Assembly: GCA_963789265.1 (NCBI GenBank)
Contig: CAWBKB010000005.1
Location: 1 to 64,000 of the forward strand
Source of the DNA: an uncultured delta proteobacterium
GTDB taxonomy: Bacteria > Desulfobacterota > Desulfomonilia > Desulfomonilales > Desulfomonilaceae
DNA length: 64,000 nucleotides
Direction of reading: 5' to 3'
This document shows positions 22,057 through 32,476 of this stretch, piece by piece; the first letter of the stretch is position 1, and each line of letters opens with the position of its first letter. The translations under genes and the position numbers were made by a program. The notes beneath the pieces were generated by a model. That model searched no databases, was not told the origin of the DNA, and saw only the letters and a list, made by a program, of their open reading frames with translations.

Positions 22057-24087
22057 CTACCTGTGCACAAACGGAGCTTTGGAGCGCGCGCCTTTTTCAA
22101 CAAAATTCTTCAGCCCTATCTGGTTATCCTCTGTGGTCCAGCATTCCCCGAAGCATTTAGCTTCCCACTTGAGGCCGTCTTCGACGGTCATCTTTGCGCC
22201 TTCGAGGACGGCCTTGACCGCCAGCTTATCAATGGCACGGGACAAGTGTCCGATATCCACGTTAGGCAACTTTTCGGGAACGTTGGAAAGCGGGCCGGTT
22301 TCCATTTGCTTCACTTTAGTTTTGCCTGCTGCCAATTCACGAGCCAGATCTATGGCCCGTTCCAACACGTCGCCTTCCACCTCTTCATTTATGAGACCGT
22401 ATGCCAGAGCTTGGGCGCTTGAAATTGGCTTAGCGGTGCGAATCATCTCAGAAGCCTTTTCAAAGCCTATTAACCTGGGAAGGCGCTGAGTGCCGCCCAT
22501 CCCGGGTATGAGCCCGAGATTCACTTCCGGTTGACCGACGAAAAGGCCTAAACCTTTGGGGGCAACACGCGCGGTGCAGCACATTCCTAATTCGCACCCG
22601 CCGCCCAGCGAAAGCCCGTTCATGGCAGCTACAACCGGTTTGCCGATATGTTCGAGTTGCGAGGATGCAATCTGCCCTTTTCGAGCGAACGCCTCACCCT
22701 GCGCGGGGTCTTTGAGACCGGCCATTTCCTTGATGTCCGCGCCCGCAACGAACGCTTTGTTCCCGAAACCCGTAATTACCGCGGCTTTGATTTCCGGATC
22801 GTTCTTTATGGTCTCAATATGAGATTCCAACTCTATGAAAACTTTGCTGTTGAGAGCATTAAGGGCCTTGGGCCGCCGAATGGTGATAACTCCTATATCG
22901 CCTTTCTTTTCATAGAGCACATCAAGGACTTCCCAGGGCTTGCCCGAGGCAGCTTGCTCTCTCAGAGCCTTTGAAACAGGCATGGTCGGGTACTTCTTTG
23001 AGAATGCCTCCACCAGCTCAAGGGCTTTGCCGACACCCAAGGAATTCATGAATCCGAATGGCGGCTTCATATCCAGCGCGACGCTGATGAGCAGGTCAAA
23101 GTCGCTTGTGGTTATAATTCCTGAATCCAGGGTGTCGCACACCATGGCGAAATAAGCTCCCTGAATTTCCTCTGTGATGATTTTCTCCTTGTCCGGCGGC
23201 ACCTCGACAGTTTCGCCACGCGCAGGCACTTCCCAATCCAAGTTCGCATCGACCATTTTCTGAAGCCGTTCCGGAACCCGGTACCACGGGTTCAAACGTT
23301 TGTTCATTTCCGCGAGGCCGTGAACGCAGATCGGATTCCCACCCGTGAGGTTCTGGCCGGTCAAGGGTCCCACTGCAAGCCCGAGAGCTTTGGCTGCCAC
23401 CGCATCGATTTGTTTGGTGTCGCCATAGCCCGCGTCTGCGCATTGTATGCACGCGACCATGAGCCCTTCGAAAATGGGGTCCACCGCGTATCCATATCGG
23501 GAGCCGACTTGAATGGGGATTTTCCCGATGAACTCGTAAAAGCGCGTAATGAACTCAGCGATTTCCGGCTCGGTATCCTTGGCGCCAATGATTTCCAGCG
23601 CGGGGTTACGTTCCGCGGGAAAGAAATAGTGGACGCACAATGCTCGGCCTTTGTGAGCGAGTTCCTCGAAAATTCTTTCCGGTTCAAGATGTGATGAATT
23701 GCTGGCCAGAATTGTGTCCCGAGTAACCAGTTCTTCCACTTGTTTGAAGATTCGCCGCTTCAGAGGGAGATCCTCCGTGGCCGCTTCCACAACTAGATCA
23801 GCGCCTTTCAATTGATTGTAATCGGAAGTGAAGGTTACATGGCTCTTCATTCCCTCGACATCATGAGGCTTGAATGCTCCGGTCTGACCTCCTTTGTCCA
23901 CCTTTTTGAAGAGCTTGGCCTTCCCCTTTTCCAAAGCGGTTTCAGCAACATCCACCACGACGACTTGGACGTCAAAAGGATGCAGTACTTTTACAAAATG
24001 TAAGGCTATATCGGGACCGATCTGGCCGGAACCGATCACGCCGACTTTGCCGATCGTACGTCCGCGGAACGAAAATGCCATGTTCAT
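22057..24087 (-). CDS. Bifunctional 3-hydroxyacyl-CoA dehydrogenase / enoyl-CoA hydratase
   Basis: N-terminal GSGQIG Rossmann fold, VVEAATE, ASNSS, HYFFPA; C-terminal crotonase AFVAGADI, GGGCE, PEVNLGLIPG.GGTQRL. Confidence 0.92.
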   Translation of the reverse strand: MNMAFSFRGRTIGKVGVIGSGQIGPDIALHFVKVLHPFDVQVVVVDVAETALEKGKAKLFKKVDKGGQTGAFKPHDVEGMKSHVTFTSDYNQLKGADLVVEAATEDLPLKRRIFKQVEELVTRDTILASNSSHLEPERIFEELAHKGRALCVHYFFPAERNPALEIIGAKDTEPEIAEFITRFYEFIGKIPIQVGSRYGYAVDPIFEGLMVACIQCADAGYGDTKQIDAVAAKALGLAVGPLTGQNLTGGNPICVHGLAEMNKRLNPWYRVPERLQKMVDANLDWEVPARGETVEVPPDKEKIITEEIQGAYFAMVCDTLDSGIITTSDFDLLISVALDMKPPFGFMNSLGVGKALELVEAFSKKYPTMPVSKALREQAASGKPWEVLDVLYEKKGDIGVITIRRPKALNALNSKVFIELESHIETIKNDPEIKAAVITGFGNKAFVAGADIKEMAGLKDPAQGEAFARKGQIASSQLEHIGKPVVAAMNGLSLGGGCELGMCCTARVAPKGLGLFVGQPEVNLGLIPGMGGTQRLPRLIGFEKASEMIRTAKPISSAQALAYGLINEEVEGDVLERAIDLARELAAGKTKVKQMETGPLSNVPEKLPNVDIGHLSRAIDKLAVKAVLEGAKMTVEDGLKWEAKCFGECWTTEDNQIGLKNFVEKGARSKAPFVHR

Positions 24088-24536
24088 CCTCCCTCTAAGG
24101 AAATTGTCGAGTGAAAAAACCTCTACAGGATGCCCTACTGATTGGAGATCCCGGCGCGACTTCAGGCATTAAGAAAACCCTTGTCTTGCCGTTATGAGAC
24201 ACGCAAAGGCGCATCATAAGCTTTTCACCTTGCGTGTCTGAGCGCAACTGCCAGAAAAACTACCATTTCCCCTTTCCGATTGTAAAGGCGAATCGTTCAC
24301 TCTACCACATATTCACAGCCCCGGAAGTGAGATCTTGAATTTGGCCGGTATGAACGGAATGTTATCTTCCAGCGCCGTTCACAAAGATTTTAGCGAGGCT
24401 TCATTGAGATCGGATTGACTCGGCTCCGTTTCACTATAATGAAATAGTTGCCGGCTCCGGATTATGTGTCGCCTGACAGTTATTCGTGCTATTTTCGAAG
24501 GTCGTTTGCAGACAAACTTTCCAGGAGGAATGGGAT

Positions 24537-25199
24537 ATGGAACTAGACCAGGCCGTGCTGAACAGGCGAAGCATTCGAGCGTTTCTGCCCGATCCGGTCC
24601 CGCGGGATAAAATCGAAAAGATCGTTGAGCTTGCACGATGGGCCCCCTCATGGGGCAACACTCAGCCCTGGGAAATCGTCGTCGCGGATGGAGAAAAGGC
24701 CCGCAACCTGGCTGACGCCTTCGTGGAAGAGGTAATGAAAGGTGCTACGCCTCGGCCGGACATTGCCATGCCGATTGAATTCCCGGAAGCGCACAAGAAA
24801 CGCTACACCGGCTTGGGTCGTGATCTGCTCACATTTCTGGGAGTTGCTCGGGATGACGCAGAAGGCCGCAGACAACACTATTTGAACATGTACAAGTTTT
24901 TCGGCGCGCCTGCCGTAGTCTATCTGACCATAGACGGCCGATTGAACGAACCGTATGCCTGCCTGGATTTAGGCTCCATCGGCACCACAATTTGTTATGC
25001 GGCCGTTCGAGAGGGTCTCGGGACCATTTATCTCGCGGCATCGATGCACTATCCGGACATTGCGAAGAAGATGTTAGGCATACCTGAGGACAAGAAAGTG
25101 GTTATCGGCATAGCAATCGGATTCCCTCATCCGGACGCGCCGGCAAGCATTTTCAGAAGCAGCCGCGAACCGGTGGAAAACATATTGCGATTTGCGTGA
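24537..25199 (+). CDS. Nitroreductase family protein
   Basis: RRSIRAF, APSWGNTQPW, GLGT, IAIGF. Confidence 0.92.
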   Translation: MELDQAVLNRRSIRAFLPDPVPRDKIEKIVELARWAPSWGNTQPWEIVVADGEKARNLADAFVEEVMKGATPRPDIAMPIEFPEAHKKRYTGLGRDLLTFLGVARDDAEGRRQHYLNMYKFFGAPAVVYLTIDGRLNEPYACLDLGSIGTTICYAAVREGLGTIYLAASMHYPDIAKKMLGIPEDKKVVIGIAIGFPHPDAPASIFRSSREPVENILRFA

Positions 25200-25365
25200 A
25201 ATCGGGGGGGATTTCTTGACTAAAGGAGCAAGTAGCACTATGATGAATTTTATCCCATCGTTCGACAAAGAACCCGTCATCAGCCTGCAAAGTTCCGGGA
25301 ACTCCGTAGGGTCCCTGAGACTGTTACACATAGCTGACGGCTGCGGAGAATAAGAAGACGCCATT

Positions 25366-26277
25366 ATGAATAGGCGTGAATTCATTATTTCTGTCGGCGC
25401 GGCCGGAATGTTTTCACTGCTCCCTTCGATTCGGCTCCACGCTTTTAGTCCCCCGCGACAACAAGCGGCCGGCGAAGTAGGGCTCAAAGGCCCGTTCGAC
25501 ATTGCATTCGATCCTTCCGGTAATCTTCTGGCCACAGATCCTCCGAGTTATCGCGTAGTCTGTCTCGATGGTTCAAACCGGGAAATTTGGTCGTTCGGAG
25601 CCCCCGGTTCGCAAGCAGGGCGCCTGAATTTTCCTAGAGGTCTGGCAATCGGTCGGGACGGCCTTATCCACGTTGTGGATTCCAATAACTGCCGAATTCA
25701 GGTCTTTGATCGCATGGGGCGGGTTCAGCACATTATTGGTTCCGTCGGGTCCATAGGCGGCTCCTTCTCAACTCCGCAAGGAGTGTTTGTTGACCACTCA
25801 GGAAAGCTTCTGGTGGCTGACACGAGAAACCATCGAATACAGATTTTTCAGAGTGGCAAGCTAGTTGCTGTGCTAGGCGACCTTGGCGACGGAAACGACC
25901 AGTTCAGGCTCCCTACTGCTTCCGCTGTCACATCAGACGGAGAAATCCTGGTACTGGACAGCAAACACGGCCGCATCAAAGTCTTCGGGCAAGACCTCAA
26001 GTTCATACGGAGTTTTGCCGACGCGGGGAAAGACCCCGGCCTGCTCAATATGCCCCAGGGTATGACTCTGGATGCTGCGGGACACGTATGGGTGGCCGAC
26101 ACCGGCAATCATAGAATTCAGGAATTCAGTCCTGAGGGGAAAGTAATATCTGTGCTTGGAAAGCAGGGCTCCGCGGAGGGTCAATTCAGGAACCCTACTG
26201 GCATTGCCTGCCGCGAAGACAGAATTTATGTGGCTGACAACGGGAACGCCAGAATACAGGTACTGGCCCGAAACTGA
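25366..26277 (+). CDS. Tat-exported NHL-repeat six-bladed beta-propeller
   Basis: MNRREFI signal; six P.G/D..D...VAD..NHRIQ.F repeats. Confidence 0.9.
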   Translation: MNRREFIISVGAAGMFSLLPSIRLHAFSPPRQQAAGEVGLKGPFDIAFDPSGNLLATDPPSYRVVCLDGSNREIWSFGAPGSQAGRLNFPRGLAIGRDGLIHVVDSNNCRIQVFDRMGRVQHIIGSVGSIGGSFSTPQGVFVDHSGKLLVADTRNHRIQIFQSGKLVAVLGDLGDGNDQFRLPTASAVTSDGEILVLDSKHGRIKVFGQDLKFIRSFADAGKDPGLLNMPQGMTLDAAGHVWVADTGNHRIQEFSPEGKVISVLGKQGSAEGQFRNPTGIACREDRIYVADNGNARIQVLARN

Positions 26278-26283
26278 GACGTC

Positions 26284-26610
26284 ATGCATATTGAACAAGC
26301 TACAGTGCTTTTTCTGGTGATGGTATTTGCCGCGGCTGAAGTTTATCGCCTGGTACGGGGAAGACGAGGTGTCATCGTTTCCGAGGACGATTCGGGACTT
26401 GCCGGGATCGCCCTTCCTGTGACATCCGTCAAAGTGAGATTGGAATGCGGTGATGAGGTGACGGCCACCATGAACTGTTGCACCGCATGCCTTGGCCGTT
26501 TGAAGATTGGTGACGAGGTTCGCGTCTCGGATTCCAGTGACGGATATGTGGTGGACCTCCCCTGGTTCCGCCGCAGGTCTTGCCACGGCCGAGCTTCCAT
26601 GAGCGATTGA
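26284..26610 (+). CDS. Small membrane-anchored protein with a CCTAC motif
   Basis: N-terminal TM; VRLECGDEVTATMNCCTACLGRLKIGDEVRV looks OB-fold-like. Confidence 0.7.
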   Translation: MHIEQATVLFLVMVFAAAEVYRLVRGRRGVIVSEDDSGLAGIALPVTSVKVRLECGDEVTATMNCCTACLGRLKIGDEVRVSDSSDGYVVDLPWFRRRSCHGRASMSD

Positions 26611-26624
26611 ACTGGAGACATCTG

Positions 26625-28401
26625 TTGGAAATTCTGGGATATATCACGCTTTTCATTTTCTTGGGCCTGATGCTCCTTACGCTATTTGGTTACATACGCA
26701 CTCCGGTTCAGACTGTGTTGGTTATTTCCACGATCCTGTGCCTTCTGGTTGGGGGAGCATTCCGGTACGCCTATTCCGGGTGGAACGCGGTCATGCTTCT
26801 TCCCAATGAATTCCTCGGCGGAATAATCCTGCATCCCATAACCGCTCTGCTTGCAGGTCTGTTTCTCGCGGGAGGGTTGAAGGCGTCCGGTGGGTTCGAG
26901 GCCTTAAAGGTTATTTTACGCTACCTTCGGAAGAGCCCCATCGGTCTTGTGGGCACATTGGTCATCCTGATTAATCTTCCTGTGATCTCCTCTCTACCCT
27001 GCGGTAGGATTCTGGCTGCGGCGCTCTTGCCCCTGTTGTTCACTTTCGGCTTTGAAGGCGGGATGGGGATACTCACGAAATCGCAGCTCATAGTCCTGAT
27101 AGGAGCCTTCACACGTAATGCTATGGGTTCGTGCGGCCCGTCGCCGATCGGCGGTGTGGGACAAATCGGGGAAGGTTTTCTCGGAAGCTTTTTCGCCACC
27201 GCGTCAGACGGGATCCTTCGGGCTCCGCAGGCATTTTCCCTGATGCTGGGCACGGCGATAGTGGCACTGTTCCTTAAATTGGTCAGTCAGCGGCTTTATC
27301 CCAATGACGTCGCTCTTCGAGAAGCTCCGGGCGCCATGCCGGGCGAGGAAAGCACTGAACCTGACATAAACGCGCCCCTTGAAGGCTATCTTGCGTTGAT
27401 CATTTTCGTGCTCTCGCTGCTCATAGCCATATTTCAGCCTTTTGGCAAAATGCCGGTTCAGACGGTCCTCGTGGCCGGCGCGCTGTTAATGATAGTTTTC
27501 TGTCGCATCCGGCTCACTCACCTGATGGAAGGAATTATTCTCTTGCCGGTGACAGCAATGGCCGCAGGTTTTTCTGGCCGCGGGAGCCCTCGCTGCCACC
27601 GGAGGATTTGATGCTCTTGGTGTGCTATTGAATAGCCTTGTAAAAGCCCCGTTTCTTGGTGTTGCCGGGATGCTCGCCATCTTCGTCCAGTTCCAGACTA
27701 TCCTCCCCCTTTCCTGTTCGAGAATCCTCACTGCCGCTCTGGTCCCGGTGCTTTATCTGTTCGGGCCTGCGAAGTTCGGCTTTCTCAACTGGCCGCAACT
27801 GGCGATCGTCATGGCAGCTTACATCATCAATGCCACGACTTCTTGCGGCCCTTCGCCTCTCGGCGGCGGAGGCATGATGGGCGAAGGGACCATGAGGGCC
27901 GAAACCGGGTTCATAAAGGGGGCGTACACCTTCGCTTCCATGGCCATTATGGCGCCATTGGCCGCCATTTATATGAAGTTCCTGAACCTTTCAGTTTTTG
28001 AGCCCTCCAATCCCAACTTTGCCAGGGACATTGTAACAATCGCTGAATTCGCACTCATCATTGTGGGTGTGAACGTCATCTTCATCTACTTCGGCAGTCG
28101 CTTGTTCGGCACCAACGCGTCGAAGAATTTCACTGTTCAGCTTGCGGGATTCCTGCTCAGCGGGGCCATAGGCGGTGGGGTTCTGGCTTTTGCCCTCTTC
28201 GAGTCGAACCCAACAGCAATCATTCAGGGAATCACCGGAGGCGTGATAGCGGCAGCGTTGATCGGGCTCATGGTTCCCAGGACGTTGTCAAGGCAGATGT
28301 CCGTCACGCTGGGTGGGCCTGATTTTGAACCGACAGCCGATCTGGACAAGAGACAGCTACAGCCGGTCATAAGAGAGGCTGGGCGCCAATTACCGGCATG
28401 A
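26625..28401 (+). CDS. Internally duplicated polytopic membrane protein, ion-transporter (IT) superfamily-like; frameshifted at the T5 run ~27569-27573
   Basis: Two homologous halves (PVQTVLV...GIILxP...SCGPSP[I/L]GG.G..GEG). ORFs 26580..27611 and 27622..28401 join if one T is removed. Confidence 0.75.
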
Positions 28402-28424
28402 ACCGGCATTCTTGAGGTGGAGCT

Positions 28425-28577
28425 TTGCTCACGTGGATCATCTTTCTCTTTGTTGGAACCGTTTCCGGAGTGATCATAGCATGGGCACTGGACATGAAGT
28501 CACCAAAGGAGCTCCTTCAGGGGGCTGCCGGGGGATTCATAGCGGGACTGTTGATGGCCGCCATGCTGCCTCATTAG
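28425..28577 (+). CDS. 50-aa two-helix membrane protein (below the ORF-track cutoff)
   Basis: GAGGTGGAG RBS, TTG start: MLTWIIFLFVGTVSGVIIAWALDMKSPKELLQGAAGGFIAGLLMAAMLPH*. Fills the operon gap exactly. Confidence 0.8.
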   Translation: MLTWIIFLFVGTVSGVIIAWALDMKSPKELLQGAAGGFIAGLLMAAMLPH

Positions 28578-28596
28578 GACCGAGACACTGAAACCG

Positions 28597-29136
28597 ATGT
28601 CAGAAGAAAAGACTAGCGAAATAAAGCACAAACGGCAGGATCTCAACCAGCCTATGGTGCTCCCCGGTATCCATCGGTACCAGTTCTTCACCAACCTGAA
28701 GGACCGCGGTTGGACGCTCAATCTTGACCGCATAGCACTATTCGGAATTGTCTCCGCGTTGCTCGCAACGGTGATCAAACCCCTTCTCAAAGGCAATCCG
28801 GCAACCATCTACTGTTATGAATGTCGGGCCTGTTACGCCACTCAGGATCGGTGCCCCGCGGGCATTATGTTTCAGGCTGAGCTAACTGTTGCAGCGCGCG
28901 TCACAGACTATGATCGCTTTATACGCAACGGCGGTCTCAAGTGCGTTCGCTGTGGGAATTGTCAGAGTTATTGCGTTCAAAACCTCCCAACCGCTCAGAT
29001 GTTCGGGACGATGCAGGAAGACACACGCATGGCCATGAGAAAGGGCATTGTGCCTCGTTATTCTCTCAAAAGGGCTATGGATCAGGGGCTGGTAGGAAAG
29101 GAATTTATCGATGACGTGGTCAAAGCTCTTGCGTGA
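28597..29136 (+). CDS. Membrane-associated 4Fe-4S dicluster protein
   Basis: Hydrophobic stretch, then CYECRACYATQDRCP and CVRCGNCQSYC. Confidence 0.8.
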   Translation: MSEEKTSEIKHKRQDLNQPMVLPGIHRYQFFTNLKDRGWTLNLDRIALFGIVSALLATVIKPLLKGNPATIYCYECRACYATQDRCPAGIMFQAELTVAARVTDYDRFIRNGGLKCVRCGNCQSYCVQNLPTAQMFGTMQEDTRMAMRKGIVPRYSLKRAMDQGLVGKEFIDDVVKALA

Positions 29137-29177
29137 TCCTACAGGGTTTTTGTGGAGCGCCCTGACCACGCGCTGGG

Positions 29178-30140
29178 GTGCGCCTCTCGATTTTCCTGAT
29201 CTTGACGGCCGCTCTCTTCCCTTCGAGTAGATTCATACTCACGGTTACTTTGCTGGTCACTCTGGGAATCATGTGGACGAGAGACTACCGGGCCGGCGGC
29301 AGCCCGAATATTTGGTACCTTGCAGCGGCAGTTTGTGTACTTTTCATCGGTTATGGTTTTGCTCGTTTTGATGTGAAGCGGGTTGACGACCTGCGCTATG
29401 CCAAAAGCCCCTGGGCGGCGGGAATCTCCAGAGTCAAAGACGGGACCTATACGGGCTCAGGAGAAGGCTTCCGTGGCCCGATAGAAGTCAAGGTCGAGGT
29501 TGCGAATCATCGCATAACCGACATCCGAACACTCGAATATCCGGATCTGATCTCAGTCAAAGACAATGCCGTAAAGTCGTACCGGGATGAGATCCTCAAG
29601 AAAGGGATGTTGGAGGTTCCCGGTCAGCCCCGAATGTACCGTGGGGCCGAGACAACCTTGACCGGATACGCCGGTGCGATTGAATCCGCTCTCACCAATG
29701 GCATTTCGGATTATCCTCAGTATAGCATCATAACGAGGGTCTTCCTGAACGCGTTCCTGGGAAAGGCTCCGGATCGAGTAACCCTGAACGCGTTGGCGAT
29801 CCTATTTGCAGCGTTTATCGTTTTCGAGTACGCCTTGCAATCCATGCTGACGCCCGGAACCGGACGCTCGATCAACTGCTACAACTGTGCGACCTGCGTG
29901 GGAGCGTGTCCTGTTAAAGAGGCCGAAGGCGTTCAGATACCCATGGGCTTGGTGTTGCTGACAAGACTGGGCGATTACGAAAGGGTAATGGAGCTTTCCA
30001 AATACTGCGTGGGCTGCGGTAGATGCGCTGCAAAGTGTCCCATAGGCAATTCCGGTCCATTGGTCATTTCCGCTGCTTTCCAGGCTTGTCTGAAACAGAG
30101 AAGCACAAAAGAGGCTGTGCGACGCGAGGACACTGCCTGA
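29178..30140 (+). CDS. Membrane protein with FMN-binding domain and C-terminal 4Fe-4S dicluster; start uncertain
   Basis: N-terminal TMs; DGTYTGSGEGFRGPIEVKVEV (FMN_bind-like); TM; CYNCATCVGACP and CVGCGRCAAKCP. Confidence 0.8.
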   Translation: MRLSIFLILTAALFPSSRFILTVTLLVTLGIMWTRDYRAGGSPNIWYLAAAVCVLFIGYGFARFDVKRVDDLRYAKSPWAAGISRVKDGTYTGSGEGFRGPIEVKVEVANHRITDIRTLEYPDLISVKDNAVKSYRDEILKKGMLEVPGQPRMYRGAETTLTGYAGAIESALTNGISDYPQYSIITRVFLNAFLGKAPDRVTLNALAILFAAFIVFEYALQSMLTPGTGRSINCYNCATCVGACPVKEAEGVQIPMGLVLLTRLGDYERVMELSKYCVGCGRCAAKCPIGNSGPLVISAAFQACLKQRSTKEAVRREDTA

Positions 30141-31112
30141 TGGGTCGAGCGCTGTGGTACATCGTGGGCCTAGCTCTGGTAATTCTTGTCGTGGGGGCCG
30201 CCGGAGAGTATTCGCTGCGGAGCACGACCTGCATGGCATGCCACGCCCGAGAAGCCTCTTACGCCCACTGGATGGCCGCACGTCTGAAAGCGAAACACAG
30301 GGGATTTTCTCACGAACTCATCGCTTGTGCCGATTGCCACATTGAAGGGAGCGCGGCAGGGACAGCGACTTCAAGACTACGAGGTTTATTGCACGCTGTG
30401 AGCTATTTTGTGCCACAACTCGATCCTCGACAGCCCCGTGTTGCAGACCTTTTCGACAGGACACGCATTCCAAGCGAGACCTGCGAGGTACTGTCACTAT
30501 GCGGCAATATATCGCAAGAAAGTTTATCTTAGGGACCTTTCTCCCGGCCTCAAGAAGATCGGCCTTGTCATGGATCATCGAAAACACGTGCTCGCACGAG
30601 ACGACACGTGCGCCAAGTGCCACGAACGCTACAAGGAGAAGGGGACTTCCGAAGCGGACAAGACCGTGACGTACACGGAGGTGAATCATCTGGCTTGTGA
30701 TTCTTGCCACGCTTTTGCCTCTCATTCGTACATGGCGGGCCGCATGCTCCCCATGTCTGACCAAGAATACAAGACCGCAAGAAAGGCAGCATGGAGCCGG
30801 CTTTCGACTAATCCGAGATGGATGGTGGCCATGCCGTCTGAGAAGACCTGTCAGCGCTGCCACAACGGCAAAATTCATTACAAGACCAAGATCTTTCTCG
30901 CTGATTGTCGCGGAGACAACAATTTTGAGAACTGTGTCAAGTGCCACCCGCTCATGACGAGGAAGTACTTCGAGAAGCTAAGACGCAGCCGGGGCACAAT
31001 GGCCTCGACTCAAGACCGGGGAAGTAATCGTTCACTAAGTCAGGTTGTCGCCTCATCACGATCCAGTACAAAAGACGAGAAGCTGAGCCAGCACAGCGAG
31101 CAAGAAAATTGA
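30140..31112 (+). CDS. Membrane-anchored multiheme cytochrome c (7 CxxCH; NapC/NirT-like N-terminus), frameshifted near 30485
   Basis: TGATG coupling to the upstream gene; TM; CMACH, CADCH, CxYCH (restored across the shift), CAKCH, CDSCH, CQRCH, CVKCH. Confidence 0.85.
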
Positions 31113-31163
31113 ACTTTGATAGCCTGAAAAGACCATCTGATCTTGTGAACAGGAGCGCATAAA

Positions 31164-31643
31164 ATGGCTACGAAGAGTGATGAGCCCAAAGACAATATCA
31201 ATCGCGAAGTAGCGGACATTATACTCAAGACCAAAGAGCCGCCAGTGGCCAGATTCCGCCTTTTGTCAAAGGGCGTGGAACCCTATCACCGTCTTTACAT
31301 TGTAGACCCTGGGTCAGATATCACAGGTGACAAGGCATGCCTTGCCTGCGGAAACTGCGTAGACTCCTGCCCTGTTTTGCGTAGAGATCCGAAGCGCTTT
31401 GAGAAGACGGAACAGCGTACATCGTTTGCGCTGGAATCCTGTGTGGGGGAAGACTGCGAACAATGCTACTCGTGCATTCTGGCCTGTCCACAGGTAGACA
31501 CGGCTTATAAGGACTACATCGTGGACGAAGTGATTCCGGAGACAATACAGCCTGCTCCGCGGATCACCTCGTTGGACAACTATTTCATGGCGCTCATTGC
31601 CTTGATATTAGGAATTGTTATAGGCGTCTTCGTTGCACGCTAG
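31164..31643 (+). CDS. 4Fe-4S dicluster protein with C-terminal membrane anchor
   Basis: CLACGNCVDSCP, CEQCYSCILACP, C-terminal TM. Confidence 0.85.
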   Translation: MATKSDEPKDNINREVADIILKTKEPPVARFRLLSKGVEPYHRLYIVDPGSDITGDKACLACGNCVDSCPVLRRDPKRFEKTEQRTSFALESCVGEDCEQCYSCILACPQVDTAYKDYIVDEVIPETIQPAPRITSLDNYFMALIALILGIVIGVFVAR

Positions 31644-31654
31644 GGATTTGAAGG

Positions 31655-32476
31655 ATGGATCACGGATTGAGGTCGAAGAAAGGATCAGAGCACATGCCAA
31701 TGCTTGACCAACATCAGGCCGCCCAGGAAATTGCCTTCCCGCCGGAAGCAGCCGAGAGAACCGATCTTGTCCCGATTTTTATCATGGGAAAAAGATATGA
31801 CGTCCCCAGCACGCTAACCATACAGAAGTCATTCGAGTTTGCCGGTTATCAATTGATCCGCGGATGCGGATGCCGGGGCGGAATCTGCGGAGCTTGTGCG
31901 ACGGTTTACCGGATGCCTGACAGCCCTAAGATATATGTGGGTCTAGCGTGCCAAACGGTGGTGCAGCCCAACATGTACCTGGCTATGGTGCCGTTTTTCC
32001 CGGCCAATCGTGCGGTGTACAGCCTTGAAGAGCTGGCCCCCAACGTCAAAACCCTCCTGAAGTATTACCCGGAAATTGCCAAGTGCATGGGTTGCAACAC
32101 ATGCACCAAGTCATGCCCCATGGACATCCCGGTAATGGAATACATTTCCGCCGCGTTGAGAGGCGATCTCGAGAAAGCTGCGGAACTCTCTTTCCCCTGT
32201 GTTATGTGCGGCATCTGCACATCACGCTGCCCCGCGGAACTGGCGCAGTACAACATAGGGATTCTCTGCCGGCGGCTTACGGGGCGGCATATTAACCCAG
32301 CCGCGGCTCATCTTCAGGAAATGATCGGCAGGATAGAATCGGGGCGGTACGAAGAGCCTCTGAACAAGCTCGTCGGCACCGATCCGGAAACACTCCGGAA
32401 ACTCTATGTGGAACGACAAATGGAGCCGCATACCGCGGCCGAAATGTGGCAGCCGGACGATAAACAATGGCTCTAG
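31655..32476 (+). CDS. SdhB/FrdB-like iron-sulfur subunit (2Fe-2S + 2x4Fe-4S)
   Basis: GCGCRGGICGAC...LACQ; CMGCNTCTKSCP; CVMCGICTSRCP. Confidence 0.85.
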   Translation: MDHGLRSKKGSEHMPMLDQHQAAQEIAFPPEAAERTDLVPIFIMGKRYDVPSTLTIQKSFEFAGYQLIRGCGCRGGICGACATVYRMPDSPKIYVGLACQTVVQPNMYLAMVPFFPANRAVYSLEELAPNVKTLLKYYPEIAKCMGCNTCTKSCPMDIPVMEYISAALRGDLEKAAELSFPCVMCGICTSRCPAELAQYNIGILCRRLTGRHINPAAAHLQEMIGRIESGRYEEPLNKLVGTDPETLRKLYVERQMEPHTAAEMWQPDDKQWL

